A stretch of 64,000 nucleotides of DNA from the NCBI GenBank assembly GCA_041484665.1, contig JBGPIA010000010.1, forward strand, positions 104,421-168,420. Direction: 5' to 3'. Made by a program: the position numbers and the translations under genes. Origin of the DNA: Candidatus Krumholzibacteriia bacterium. GTDB taxonomy: Bacteria; Krumholzibacteriota; Krumholzibacteriia; JAJRXK01. The notes below the pieces were generated by a model. That model made no database searches. It was given only the letters and a program-made list of their open reading frames with translations, and was not told the DNA's origin. This document shows positions 11,101 through 20,595 of the stretch, one piece after another. Numbering within the stretch: position 1 is the first letter of the stretch; every line of letters starts with the position of its first letter.

Positions 11101-11229
11101 CGCCGACAGGGTCGACTTCCCGGTCTCGTTGCGCTCCAGCAGCAGAGCGACGTTGCCGGAGTCCGCGTCCAGCGGGAAGCTGCCGCGCAGCCGGCCGAAG
11201 CCGCGAATGTCCAGACGCTTCAGACGCAC
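8191..11229 (-). CDS. Rad50/SbcC-like (YhaN-type) ABC-ATPase with coiled coil and a central two-helix hydrophobic segment
   Basis: MRLKRLDIRGFG, Walker A ERNETGKST, Q-loop FVAQG, signature LSAG, Walker B LLLDDPF. Confidence 0.85.
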   Translation of the reverse strand: MRLKRLDIRGFGRLRGSFPLDADSGNVALLLERNETGKSTLSAAILASLYGMESDRRKARDRMVERDVYRPWEGGPYGLTLYLEKDGEELAIDRDLERETVRVLSGGSDITDRFRQGLRVAVGEGLLGLSREQFERSAFVAQGEVVWSGTEGLTEALQRIADTRAGDTTAAAAIAALEAALAGYEGLTLRGRGRVDTEIERCLKVLEETRTQFAALTQQRARMAAKIDGLARRKDEAASRELQRAALRHEKSRAERMRADDRLAQDDQRRQKVAALEAQLGDGAELLALGETSINVAEAAWTNVQGALRAARENDAEADDAAQRRNEASTRRDGLHLRRRPTEGDRDALQSARVRSFDAQRERQRFEGLLQSAVSDLQVQGFTLEQARSLAASFADLSDDDRLALASRTRDELQLRQQQEEREEEIDRLRYARAEIRRGQQSRKHFGIWLMLVGMLPVLVGLSMHVILPFSPLLLHAPGVLVILVGMGVYASGTRYRKREDAQARVQLERLGEILERLLGDTQQRAQAWADLAGRLGCLQPELEDHYRRLRAVVEPALHHIEGLQARLDELAAMEHEALQSCARAWTLFEDEPAADLLAERVELVKQATEVWAEADRAGTAADTARWRADESKRRLAERQREAREALATCGVRLADAEPLEGGVRRLKERVVLAQRLEQLRDVTLPEQRASVLAPAERGRLEQRVREIDADLSRMEAETLGLRALLAGGGGATASRLEGGSGAGPSGAAGGVARAAFAGASGADAASRLPRAPRPPRPIEQIDADLEALAASERAEQQAGETDRAEARAFLAKYEAEAPRLMESIAQHEAALQRAEQFREAVVLARDTLARIAKETHRDWASALNRTTQEMLAGLGSEVRELRFDEHLGIQLRQGQQVMTGSQAAQQLSAGALDGVYLAARLGVSRLLSGGLGSLPLLLDDPFSNADDVRLVAGLRLLLDAIAPRQQVVLMACQEARYKWARAQLQDAQRLVVLRVGVGADADASAEGGGDA

Positions 11230-11240
11230 GCCACCGCTCC

Positions 11241-12452
11241 CTACTCCTCGTAGCGGGCGTCGACGCGCCCGCGGGTCAACACGTCCAACCCGTAGAGCAA
11301 CGCCCGGCGCGCGGTCCGTCCGGCCTCGCCCTGTGTGGCGACCGCCTCGCGCAGGTGCGCCACGAAGCGCTGCTCGGTGGTGATCGCCTGCTCCAGCGGC
11401 GGGTAGCTCTCCAGGTCGACGTCGGGCTGCAGCGCGGACAGGTCCACTCTCAGGTGCCCCCCGCTGCTGCCGAACTCGTCGGCCAGCGCGCGCACCGCGG
11501 CCAACTCCAGCCCGGGCGCGCGGCGGCCGGTCACCTCCAGCAAGACCAGGTCCTGCGGGCCGGCGCCCACCTCGGCCAGCGCACGCTGGGCGCGCTCGCG
11601 GGCTTGCTCGGCGAAGCGGCAGCCGGTGAGGTCGCAGCGCGCCGCTCGCACCTCACGCCGGTCGAGCGCCACATGCTCCACCAACGCCGGGCCGTCGCCG
11701 ATCGTCACCACCAGGCAGCCCTTGTGCCCCGTCTCGTCCAGCCCACCCGCGAGCAGGCATCCCGCATAGGCGCCCACGGGCTGACCCATCTCGTCGTCGA
11801 GCACCTGGAAGCCGTGGTAGTGGCCTACCGCCGTCCAGGAGAAGCCCTGCTCGAGGACCTCCTCGTGCGTGAACGGATGGGTCGCCTTGTGTGGCTGCAG
11901 CCAGCCGCCGTCGTCGCGGCTGCCGTGGAACAGCAGGACCGACAACCGCGCGGGAGGGCGCCGGATGAGGCTCGACAGTCGCCGCTCGCCGGAGGCAACG
12001 TTGGCCGCGACGCCGCAGCCGGTGACGGTCACGTCCGGCCGCCCGGGCCACGCCACGGTGCGGAACTCCTCGTGGGCGAACAGTACGACGTTGTCCGGCC
12101 AGCTCAGGCCGCGTGTGGCTCCACGCGCGGTAGGGTTGTACGGGGAGGCGCCGCCGTAGGGATCGTGGTTGCCCGGCGCCAGGAACACCGGCTTGGGTGC
12201 GATGCGAGCGAAGGCGTCCAGCACGAAGGCTAAGGTGTCGGTGGTGACGGCCTCGTCGTCGAAGAGATCGCCGGGCAGCAGCACGCCGTCGAGGTCGCGC
12301 TCCACGACAAGCGCCATTGCCCGCGTGAAGGCGTCGCGGCGCTCCTCCTCGCGGCGGCGCGCTGCCTCCTCGGAGAGCCCCAGGCGCCCGCCGGTCAGGC
12401 GCGCGCCGAAGTGGATGTCGGAGAGCTGCAGTAAGCGCAGGGGGCCGGTCAT
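11241..12452 (-). CDS. Mre11/SbcD-like (YhaO-type) metallophosphoesterase/DNA exonuclease
   Basis: SDIHFG, PGDLFD, PGNHD, LFHGS, VGHYH motifs; directly upstream of the Rad50-like gene. Confidence 0.88.
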   Translation of the reverse strand: MTGPLRLLQLSDIHFGARLTGGRLGLSEEAARRREEERRDAFTRAMALVVERDLDGVLLPGDLFDDEAVTTDTLAFVLDAFARIAPKPVFLAPGNHDPYGGASPYNPTARGATRGLSWPDNVVLFAHEEFRTVAWPGRPDVTVTGCGVAANVASGERRLSSLIRRPPARLSVLLFHGSRDDGGWLQPHKATHPFTHEEVLEQGFSWTAVGHYHGFQVLDDEMGQPVGAYAGCLLAGGLDETGHKGCLVVTIGDGPALVEHVALDRREVRAARCDLTGCRFAEQARERAQRALAEVGAGPQDLVLLEVTGRRAPGLELAAVRALADEFGSSGGHLRVDLSALQPDVDLESYPPLEQAITTEQRFVAHLREAVATQGEAGRTARRALLYGLDVLTRGRVDARYEE

Positions 12453-12515
12453 GGCGGTGATGATAGCCCACGAAGGCGCTGCGTCCTAGCCCACGGAATG
12501 CGCCATGCGGGGACA

Positions 12516-12570
12516 GTGCGCAGGCCCTGCGTGGGCCGTGCGCAGGCCGTGCGCAGGCGGCGCGCGGGTC
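12516..12570. repeat. Five degenerate 11-bp tandem repeats (GTGCGCAGGCC)
   Basis: gtgcgcaggcc ctgcgtgggcc gtgcgcaggcc gtgcgcaggcg gcgcgcgggtc. Confidence 0.7.
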
Positions 12571-12624
12571 GGCGAGCGAAGCGCCCGGAACGCGCGACGG
12601 GTGAGCCCGCGTTTGCGGCGCCCC

Positions 12625-12656
12625 AAAGCAAACCGGCGACCCTGTAGGCCGCCGGT
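12625..12656 (-). terminator. Intrinsic terminator-like hairpin
   Basis: Minus strand ACCGGCGGCC-TACAG-GGTCGCCGGT followed by TTGCTTT. Confidence 0.6.
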
Positions 12657-12760
12657 CAGCAAGGGGCTTCCATCTTCCCCTCTTGGATCGGGAGGCTTGC
12701 TCGGAATGCGGCGTCCACAGACAGCCTGGCGCCCATCCCGCTTGGAGTGCAACCTCCGTC
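12625..12760 (-). ncRNA. Putative structured small RNA or attenuating leader, family unknown
   Basis: Lies between a sigma70-like promoter and a terminator; three consecutive hairpins (see findings). Confidence 0.5.
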
Positions 12761-12765
12761 GATTG

Positions 12766-12795
12766 AAGCTAGCAACGCGGCGGAGATCTGGTCAA
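12766..12795 (-). promoter_or_regulatory. sigma70-like promoter
   Basis: TTGACC-18 nt-TAGCTT with extended -10 TG on the minus strand. Confidence 0.55.
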
Positions 12796-12920
12796 CCCCT
12801 GGATGCGCGCCTGGAACATTTTTTGGATGCGGTCATCGAGCGCTGGGGAGGCGGCCGCCGGAACGCGTCGCGGCGGCACGTCTTCGCCGCCGCCGGGGCG
12901 CGCTGCGGCGTACGTTGCGC

Positions 12921-15194
12921 TCAGAACCGCAGCGCGTAGCTGAGCTTGAGGGTGGCCTCGCCGCGGCGCAACGCGTAGTTCCCGGTGGCATCGTTGCGGA
13001 CGTCGGTGAGCACGAGGTAGACGTCGCTCTCGTCCCCGAAGATGTAGTGGGCCCTTAGTTGCGACAGCACCAGGTCCTCATCGCTGTTGAGCTGCGTGAA
13101 CAGGTCGAAGGAGAGCTCGTTCGTCGCGTCCACGCCGACCCGCAAGCGCAGGACGTCGGCGTCGAATCTCAGCTCGCGGCCGAGAGCGGAGTCGTCGCGG
13201 CGGATGCGGTCGCTCTGTACCTCGGCGGAAACGGCCAGGTGGGGGGCCCAGCGCGCGGTCAGCTCGCCCGCAGCGCTCGTGAGCTTGCCGTCGTACTCGT
13301 CCCCCAGGACCAGCTCGGCGTGCGCGGAGAGCGCCTTGCTGCGATCGGACGTGAGCTCCGCGCCGAGCTGGTCGAAGGTGAAGGCTCCCGCCGGGAACAC
13401 CACGTCCCCGCCGACCTCGAACGGCTCGAAGAGCCGCTCGAAGTTGCGGGTGTAGTACACGGCCAGCTCCTCGTCGCCGCTGCCGAACAGCGTGGTCTGG
13501 GCCTGGAGGTTGGTGCTCTCCTTCACCCCGTCGCGGCGGGCGACGTGCTCGGCGTAGACGAAGTTCTCCAGCCGGCGCAGCCAGCCGGCGTTGGGCTCGG
13601 GCGTCCAGCCCAGCTCCAGGGCCGCGGTCGTGATATCGTTGCGCGGCAGGAATCCCGCCCGCGGGTGGTAGTCGCGCCCGTAGACCTCATAGAGGGTGGT
13701 CATGTTGAACAAGGGATGCGACCAGCGCCAGCGCGTGCCCCACGTCCCGTGGTCGGGACCATCCTGCGGCTCGTGGCTGAAGGCGGCGTACCCCGATAGA
13801 TCGAGCTGCTCCGCCGGGCGGAAATCGGTATCCAGACCGAAGACCCGGTTGAAGTCCCCGCCGTCCTCCCCCTGGCGGCTGACCGCGATCGCTCCGATGC
13901 GTGAGCGGGTGCCGAAGTCCTGGCTGATGCGCGCTACGTCGAAGCGGTGGCGCGGCACATCGCCGCTCGCGTCGGTCTGGATGTCCAGGAGCCCCACGTC
14001 CGTGCGGCCGAACTTCCCCGTCAGCCGCGTGCCGTACTCGATGGGGATCGTGAGCGCCGAGAGCCCGCCCTCGCCCGCGACCGCCTCCAGACCGATGCGG
14101 CGGCTGAACAAGGCCAGGTTCGCCGGCGAGCCGAACTGGAAGAAATCGCGCTTCTCCAGGAAGAACTCGCGTTTCTCCGGATAGAACAGCGGGAAGCGCG
14201 TGAGGTTGACCACCTGGTCGTCCACCTCGACCTGGGCGAAGTCGGTGTTGACCGTCACGTCCAGCTCGGCGCTGCTGGTCAGTCCCAGCTTGAGGTCGTA
14301 GCCCACCTCGCCGTGGCCCTTCCATCTCTCGCGGTCGAAGGCCGCCGGATCGAGGGCGCTGCCGCGTTCGAGGCGGCCCAGGGCGTAGGGGCGCGCCACG
14401 ATGTTGCTGCCCGGCGAGATCCCGCTGAGCCCCTGCAGGTGCCCCGCGTCGGCCACCCGGAACAAGTTGAACTGGCGGTCGATGGGACTCCACTGACTCT
14501 GCTCGTTCACCGCGCGCAGCTGCCGCTCGAAGTTGATCCCCATGGTGATGTGCTCGCGCACGGGAAAACGCAGCGTTCGCCAGGGCAGCTCGATCTCGCC
14601 CTGCCAGCCCGTGTCGGTGATGCGCACGGCGGCCGCCCACAGGCCATCCCAGTCGGTGTTGAGCAAGCGGCCTTCGTTGCGGAACTGGGCGTCGTAGCGC
14701 ACGCCGTTGGGATTCACCTGGAAGAAGTACCCGTTCTGGAGGTCATCGAAGGTGTCCAGGGCGATGGCCAGGTAGTCGTCGTCCCACAGGGCCGTGTCGC
14801 GCCCCAGGACCTGGTGCACGATGCGGCGCGGGTCGCTCTGTGCGCAGACGAAGCCCAGATAGAGGGCATCGGCCGTATACAACACCCGCACGTCGGTGGC
14901 CTGGCTGGCGGGCTGGCCGGTGGCCGGGCGCTGCTGGAGGAATCCGGTGGCGACGGCGGCAGTCTGCCAAACGGCCTCGTCGAGGAGGCCGTCGAGGTGC
15001 GGGGCCGTCTCGGCGCGGGGCGGGGAGAGCGCGCGGCGTCCGTCGGCGGACGGGGCCGGCGTCTGCGCGCCGCGCGGCGTCTGCGCGCCTGGGGGCTGCT
15101 GCGCGCCGGCGAGCGTCTGGGCGCGCGCGACCGCACCGGCGGCCAGCGCAAGCAGTCCGCACAGGAGGGCACGGCGGGCAGGTGCTGGGCGCAT
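12921..15194 (-). CDS. Secreted/outer-membrane protein, CBM9-like N-terminal domain plus DUF5916 beta-barrel
   Basis: Signal peptide; PHLDGLLDEAVW, FQVNPNG, NTDFAQVEVDDQVVNLTRFPLFYPEKREFFLE; C-terminal YALRF. Confidence 0.85.
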   Translation of the reverse strand: MRPAPARRALLCGLLALAAGAVARAQTLAGAQQPPGAQTPRGAQTPAPSADGRRALSPPRAETAPHLDGLLDEAVWQTAAVATGFLQQRPATGQPASQATDVRVLYTADALYLGFVCAQSDPRRIVHQVLGRDTALWDDDYLAIALDTFDDLQNGYFFQVNPNGVRYDAQFRNEGRLLNTDWDGLWAAAVRITDTGWQGEIELPWRTLRFPVREHITMGINFERQLRAVNEQSQWSPIDRQFNLFRVADAGHLQGLSGISPGSNIVARPYALGRLERGSALDPAAFDRERWKGHGEVGYDLKLGLTSSAELDVTVNTDFAQVEVDDQVVNLTRFPLFYPEKREFFLEKRDFFQFGSPANLALFSRRIGLEAVAGEGGLSALTIPIEYGTRLTGKFGRTDVGLLDIQTDASGDVPRHRFDVARISQDFGTRSRIGAIAVSRQGEDGGDFNRVFGLDTDFRPAEQLDLSGYAAFSHEPQDGPDHGTWGTRWRWSHPLFNMTTLYEVYGRDYHPRAGFLPRNDITTAALELGWTPEPNAGWLRRLENFVYAEHVARRDGVKESTNLQAQTTLFGSGDEELAVYYTRNFERLFEPFEVGGDVVFPAGAFTFDQLGAELTSDRSKALSAHAELVLGDEYDGKLTSAAGELTARWAPHLAVSAEVQSDRIRRDDSALGRELRFDADVLRLRVGVDATNELSFDLFTQLNSDEDLVLSQLRAHYIFGDESDVYLVLTDVRNDATGNYALRRGEATLKLSYALRF

Positions 15195-15408
15195 CGACCG
15201 TTGAGAAGGCTGCGGGGTAGGCCGGTCTATGCGCGCGAGGGGACGCGGGTGTGGGGAATCGTAGCCGATGTCCGGCGGGCTGGAAAGCGAAACGCTGTCG
15301 CGCGCGGCGTCCGGGACGCCGCCGGCCGGACACCAGCGTCAGCGTCAGCGTGATGGGGATGTTGCTGCCCGACCGCTTCTCGCGCGCGGATCATTCCGAG
15401 AAGCGGGC

Positions 15409-17640
15409 TCACGCCAGCCGCACGGGCAACCTGCGCACCCGCTTTCCCGTCGCCGCGAAGATCGCGCTGCACAAGGCCGGCGCCACCGGCGGCACGCCCG
15501 GCTCGCCGATGCCTCCGATCGCGTCGTTGCTGGGCACGATGTGCACCTCGACCTGAGGCATCTCATCGAACGTGAGCAGCTCGTAGCCGTCGAAGCTCCC
15601 CTGCTCGACGCGCCCCTTCTGCACGGTGATCTCCCCCTTCAGCGCGGCGCTGAGACCAAAGGCCACGGCTCCCTGCAGCTGCGCCTCGACGATGTCGGGG
15701 TTGACCACCGGACCGCAGTCCACCGCGCAGACGACCTTGTGCACCCGGACCCGCCCACGATCGTCCACGGACGCCTCGATCACGTGGGCCACGAAGCTGC
15801 CAAAACTCCCGTGGCTCGCGATGCCGCGCCCGCGGCCCTTGGGCAGGGGCGATCCCCATCCCGCCTTCTGCGCCGCCAGCTCCAGCGCGCGGCGCAGGCG
15901 CGAGTCCTTGGGCAGGAGCTTGCGGCGCAGCTCGCAGGGGTCGGCTCCGGTGGCGGCGGCGACCTCGTCGAGGAACGCCTCGTTGGCAAAGCCGTTCTGC
16001 GAGTTGTACACCGAGCGCCACCAGCCCAAGGGCACGGGGGTCTGTGCGACGACGCCCTCGACCAGCACGTTGGGGATGTCGTAGGCCAGCTCCACCGCCC
16101 CGTCGACGAGATCGGGTGGGGACTGTGGATCGCCGCCGCCGGAAACCTGGCGCTCGATGGACGGTCCCACCACGCGATGCGTCCATGCGATGACTTTGCC
16201 GCCGCCGTCGATTCCCGCGGCCAGCTTGTGCAGGCTCGTCGGACGATAGAAGTCGTGGCGCATGTCGTCCTCGCGCGTCCAGACGACCTTCACCGGTGCG
16301 CCGGCGGCCTTCGACACGCGCGCCGCCTCGACGGCGTAGTCGGCCATCAGGCGGCGCCCGAAGCCGCCGCCCAGGAGCGTGATGTGTACCGTGACCTTCT
16401 CCAGCGCGATCCCCAGCGCCTGCGCGACGGCACCCTGCACGCGCTGTGGAACCTGCGTCGGCGCCCAGATCTCCACGCCGTCGTCGCGCACGTAGGCGAG
16501 GCAGTTCTGCGGCTCCATGGGCGCGTGGGCGAGAAACGGCACTTCGTACACCGCCTCGACCCGTTTGGCAGCGCGCGCGAGGGCAGCCGCGGCGTCGCCC
16601 TCATGGCGGGCGACCACGCCGGTCTCGCGGCTCTTCTCCTGCAGCAGGCGGGAGATGGCGGCGCTGTCCAGCGCCGCGTTGGGCCCTTCATCCCAGACTA
16701 CCGACAACGCGTCGCGCCCTTTCATGGCGGCCCAGGTCGAGTCGGCGACCACCGCGACGCCGCTCTCCACCTCGACCACAGCGCTCACACCGGCGACCTT
16801 CTGCGCCAAGCTCGCATCGAAGCTCTTCAGTTTGCCGCCGATGACGGGGCAACGCTCCACCATCGCGATGAGCATTCCGGGGACCTTCACGTCGAAACCG
16901 TACTGGGCGCTGCCGTTGACCTTGCTCGGTGTGTCAAGGCGCGGCAGCCGCTGCCCCACGATGCGGAATTGCTTGGGGTCTTTGAGCGGCACGTGCTCGG
17001 GAACCGCCTGCTTGGCGGCGGTCTCGGCCAGCTGGCCGTAGGTGAGTCGGCGGCCGCTCGCGGCGTGGACCACCGTGCCGTTCTCGGCGCGGCAGGCCCG
17101 GCGGTCGACTCCCCAGGTCTGCGCGGCGGCGCTCACCAGCATCTCGCGCGCCACGGCGCCGGCCTGGCGCAGCCGCTCCCACGAGCCGCGCACGCTGGAG
17201 CTGCCGCCGGTGGTCATGTTGCCGTAGGTCTCGCCGGAGCCGGTGCCGGCCACGGTTGCAGGCTCGGCGCGCAGTTGCGACCAGTCGGCCTCGAGCTCCT
17301 CGGCAACGATCATCGGCAGCGCGGTGCGCACACCCTGCCCCATCTCGGACTTGGCGACGGTGACCGTCACTGTGCCGTCGGTGGCGATGCGCAGCCAGGC
17401 GTTGGGAACGAACGCCGCATCGGCGGCCGCGCCCGCACCGGCCTCTGTCCCGTTCGCGGCGGTGGTGCCCGCGGTGGCGGCCAGCAGCTCGTCGCGCAGC
17501 GGCAGGTGCAGCGCCAGGACCAGCCCGCCACCGGCCACTGAGGCCACCTTGATGAAGTCGCGCCGGCTGAGGGTGTGAGCGGACTGTGCAGCGCGTGCGT
17601 CGTTCGCGGAATCGTCCGTGCGGGAGGTGATCTCGCTCAC
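15409..17640 (-). CDS. iorB: Xanthine dehydrogenase family molybdopterin-binding subunit (isoquinoline 1-oxidoreductase beta-like) with Tat signal
   Basis: SRRDFIK Tat motif, [37 protein letters not shown] overlap with the upstream 2Fe-2S gene. Confidence 0.88.
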   Translation of the reverse strand: MSEITSRTDDSANDARAAQSAHTLSRRDFIKVASVAGGGLVLALHLPLRDELLAATAGTTAANGTEAGAGAAADAAFVPNAWLRIATDGTVTVTVAKSEMGQGVRTALPMIVAEELEADWSQLRAEPATVAGTGSGETYGNMTTGGSSSVRGSWERLRQAGAVAREMLVSAAAQTWGVDRRACRAENGTVVHAASGRRLTYGQLAETAAKQAVPEHVPLKDPKQFRIVGQRLPRLDTPSKVNGSAQYGFDVKVPGMLIAMVERCPVIGGKLKSFDASLAQKVAGVSAVVEVESGVAVVADSTWAAMKGRDALSVVWDEGPNAALDSAAISRLLQEKSRETGVVARHEGDAAAALARAAKRVEAVYEVPFLAHAPMEPQNCLAYVRDDGVEIWAPTQVPQRVQGAVAQALGIALEKVTVHITLLGGGFGRRLMADYAVEAARVSKAAGAPVKVVWTREDDMRHDFYRPTSLHKLAAGIDGGGKVIAWTHRVVGPSIERQVSGGGDPQSPPDLVDGAVELAYDIPNVLVEGVVAQTPVPLGWWRSVYNSQNGFANEAFLDEVAAATGADPCELRRKLLPKDSRLRRALELAAQKAGWGSPLPKGRGRGIASHGSFGSFVAHVIEASVDDRGRVRVHKVVCAVDCGPVVNPDIVEAQLQGAVAFGLSAALKGEITVQKGRVEQGSFDGYELLTFDEMPQVEVHIVPSNDAIGGIGEPGVPPVAPALCSAIFAATGKRVRRLPVRLA

Positions 17641-18104
17641 GACCGGCCTCCTTCCTCGATCACGCGGTGGATCGCACGGCGGATGCGCAGGTACGTGCCG
17701 CAGCGGCACAGCATGGTCGACATCACCGACTCGATCTCGGCGTCTGTAGCGCGGGGCTTCTCGGCGAGCAGCGCCGCCGCCTGCATGATCTGCCCCGGCT
17801 GGCAATAGCCGCACTGGGGAACCTCTTCGGCGATCCAGGCGCGCAGCACCGGATGCTGTGGCTGCGCCGCGAGACCCTCGATGGTGATGACATGCGCGCC
17901 GGAGACCTCCTGGACGCTCGTGGTGCAGGAGCGGCGGGCCTGGCCGTCGACGTGGACGGTGCACGAGCCGCACAGCCCGCGCCCGCAGCCGAACTTCGTG
18001 CCGGTGAGCCCGAGCGTATCGCGCAGCACCCAGAGCAGAGGAGTGTCGGCGCTGACGTCCACGGCCTGGCGCTGGCCGTTGACCGTGAGACTGATGGGAG
18101 GCAT
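17637..18104 (-). CDS. iorA: (2Fe-2S)-binding subunit (IorA-like)
   Basis: [29 protein letters not shown]. Confidence 0.9.
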   Translation of the reverse strand: MPPISLTVNGQRQAVDVSADTPLLWVLRDTLGLTGTKFGCGRGLCGSCTVHVDGQARRSCTTSVQEVSGAHVITIEGLAAQPQHPVLRAWIAEEVPQCGYCQPGQIMQAAALLAEKPRATDAEIESVMSTMLCRCGTYLRIRRAIHRVIEEGGRS

Positions 18105-18406
18105 GCGTGCCCCCTCTCTTTCGATGTGTTGGGTCGGGGAGTGCTGCCGCAAGTATGACCCCCTCGAAGGCGGCGTCAACGGGCGACGGGCCGCACCAGC
18201 CGAGATTGCACACCCATGTCACAAATCCGCAGCGGCCGGACACGTACGACACCGGCGCAGCGGCGTGACCGCCCGCCGCCCGGTGCGGGCTCGACAGCGC
18301 GCTCTGGCGGGGCGAAGATCTTCCGCGCGGGCGGTCCCGACGTGCGCGCGCCTTCGGGAGGGCCCTCCCCCATCGGGGAGATCCGGCATTCCCCACCCCA
18401 CTGCGG

Positions 18407-18435
18407 TGAAACCCGACGGCCCGGGCGTGCGTCCT
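18407..18435 (+). promoter_or_regulatory. ECF-sigma-type promoter
   Basis: TGAAAC-17 nt-CGTC upstream of the aspartyl protease gene. Confidence 0.45.
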
Positions 18436-18513
18436 CTCCCGTCACACGGACAGTCCAGCATGTCACGGTCGGCGTCAGGCGCCGGCGGTTCGCAACCCGA
18501 AGGAGGCAGCGCA

Positions 18514-20499
18514 ATGTCGATCGTACGCGTCTCGTCGCGGCGTAGAGTGACCCTGCGAGTGTTTGTGCTCGCCCTGGGCGCGCTGGCCGGCGCATGGGCC
18601 GGCTGGCGCTCCGCAGGTCCGGCGCCCAGCGCTGGCGCAACACCGGCGGACGCTCCGGCGGCCAAGCCGGCAACGCGCACCGGGGCGGCGCTCGCCGCGG
18701 AGCCGGCGCCGGGATCCACTTCCGGTGCTGCCGCGCTCCTGGCCAAGACCAAGGACGCGGCAGGTGGGGCCGCCTGGGACGCGGTGCGCACGAGCCATAG
18801 CCACACCCGCGTCGAGACCGGCGGCCTCAAGGGCACGGCCGATGGGTGGGATGACGTGCTCACCGGCCGCCACTGCGATACCTACGCGCTGGGCCCCATC
18901 ACGGGCGCCGAGGGCTGGGACGGCAAGGCGGGCTGGGAGAAGGACACCTCGGGACAGACCCGGCGCATGGAGGGTGGCGACGAAGTCGAAGGCGGCGCGA
19001 ACGAGGCGTATCGCCGCTGCCTCGGCGACTGGTACCCCGATCGCTGGCCCGCCACCATCGAGGACGGCGGCATGCACGAGCTCTCCGGTCACCGTTTCCA
19101 GGTGGTGAAGATCACGCCCAAGGGCGGCCGGCTCTTCGAGCTGTGGATCGACCCGGCCACGTGGCTGGTCGATCACATGGTCGAGAAGGCGGCGATCGAG
19201 ACCCGTACCACCTACCTCTCGGACTACCGGACGGTGGAGGGCAAGCAGGTCGCGTTCGCGGTGCGCTCGACCAACGGCGAGACGAAGTACGATCAGGTCA
19301 TCACCATCGACGAAATCGACTTCAACGCGCCGCTGGACGAGGCCAGGTTCCAGATGCCGGCGCCGCCGCCAGCCGACTTCGCGTTCGCCGCGGGCAAGAC
19401 GTCCACTACGGTCCCCTTCGAGCTCATCAACAACCACATCTACGTGCAGGTGAAGCTCAACGGGCAGGGGCCGTTCACATTCCTGTGCGATACCGGCGGG
19501 GCCAACGTCGTCACACCGACCCTCGCGGCGAAGCTGGGGGTCAAACCCGAAGGCGCGCTGCAGGGACGCGGCGTGGGCGAGAAATCCGAGGACGTGGGGC
19601 TGGTGAAGCTCGAGTCGCTCGGGGTCGGGGACATCACGCTGCAGCAGCAGCTCTTCGCGGTATTCCCGCTGGAGTCCTTCGCCGACGTGGAGGGGGTCCC
19701 CCAGTCGGGGCTCATCGGCTACGAGGTGTTCAAGCGCTTCGCGGTGCGCGTGGACTACGAGCATAGCCAGCTGACCCTGACGCTGCCATCGGCGTTCTCC
19801 TACCAGGGCGCAGGCGTGGTGGTCCCCTTCCACTTCAACGACCACATCCCCCAGGTCGAGGGCAGCATCGACGGCATCTCCGGGAAGTTCGACATCGACA
19901 CCGGCAGCCGAGCGTCGCTCTCGCTGCTCAAGCCGTTCGCCGAGAAGAACGACCTCAAGACCAAGCTGGGCGCGCGGTACGAAGCGGTCACGGGCTGGGG
20001 TGTGGGCGGCGCCGCGCGCGGGCTGATCGTGCGTGGCCATGAGCTCCGCCTGGGCGGAGTGTCGGTCTCCTCGCCCGTGACGGAGCTGAGCCAGCAGCAG
20101 AAGGGTGCGTTCGTCGACCCGTACGTAGCGGGCAACGTCGGCGCGGGTGTGCTCAAGCGCTTCAACATCGTGTTCGACTACGAGGGCAAGCGCCTGATCT
20201 TCGAGCCCAACGCGAACAACGCGCAGCCCGACGTCTACGACCGCTCGGGCATGTGGATCAACCGCGCGGGCGCGTCGCTGAAGGTCGTCGACGTGACGGC
20301 CGGGGGTCCGGCGGAGGCGGCGGGCCTGAAGGCCGGCGATGCGATCGTCGCCGTCGAAGGCGCGCCGATCGCAGACACGTCGCTGCTGGCGCTGCGCAAG
20401 CGCTTCCGCAGCGAGGCCGTAGGCACCAAGATCCGGTTGGGCGTGGACTCCGGCGGAAAGAAGCGCGACGTGACGCTGGTGCTCAAGGACCTGGTCTGA
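18514..20499 (+). CDS. Secreted double retropepsin-like aspartyl protease with C-terminal PDZ domain
   Basis: AGGAGG RBS; signal peptide; FLCDTGG and FDIDTGS catalytic motifs; PDZ GGPAEAAGLKAGDAI. Confidence 0.88.
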   Translation: MSIVRVSSRRRVTLRVFVLALGALAGAWAGWRSAGPAPSAGATPADAPAAKPATRTGAALAAEPAPGSTSGAAALLAKTKDAAGGAAWDAVRTSHSHTRVETGGLKGTADGWDDVLTGRHCDTYALGPITGAEGWDGKAGWEKDTSGQTRRMEGGDEVEGGANEAYRRCLGDWYPDRWPATIEDGGMHELSGHRFQVVKITPKGGRLFELWIDPATWLVDHMVEKAAIETRTTYLSDYRTVEGKQVAFAVRSTNGETKYDQVITIDEIDFNAPLDEARFQMPAPPPADFAFAAGKTSTTVPFELINNHIYVQVKLNGQGPFTFLCDTGGANVVTPTLAAKLGVKPEGALQGRGVGEKSEDVGLVKLESLGVGDITLQQQLFAVFPLESFADVEGVPQSGLIGYEVFKRFAVRVDYEHSQLTLTLPSAFSYQGAGVVVPFHFNDHIPQVEGSIDGISGKFDIDTGSRASLSLLKPFAEKNDLKTKLGARYEAVTGWGVGGAARGLIVRGHELRLGGVSVSSPVTELSQQQKGAFVDPYVAGNVGAGVLKRFNIVFDYEGKRLIFEPNANNAQPDVYDRSGMWINRAGASLKVVDVTAGGPAEAAGLKAGDAIVAVEGAPIADTSLLALRKRFRSEAVGTKIRLGVDSGGKKRDVTLVLKDLV

Positions 20500-20595
20500 G
20501 TCGAGCTGCAATCGGGCCGGCGCGTGCGTGACCGCCGGCCCAGCCCGCGTCTCGCAATCGCTTCCCCGGGGCCGGCCCCGCCGCCGGCCTCGATC

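Noticed and set aside
8107..11253. 1048-aa + strand ORF and other long antisense ORFs (e.g. 15268-17541, 39994-42075)
   Set aside because: Shadow frames of well-supported opposite-strand genes in GC-rich DNA; no motifs
12625..12670. GCAAAC...GCAAG on the + strand, resembling a c-di-GMP-I riboswitch
   Set aside because: No GNRA loop or second stem and no downstream + strand gene; better explained as a minus-strand terminator
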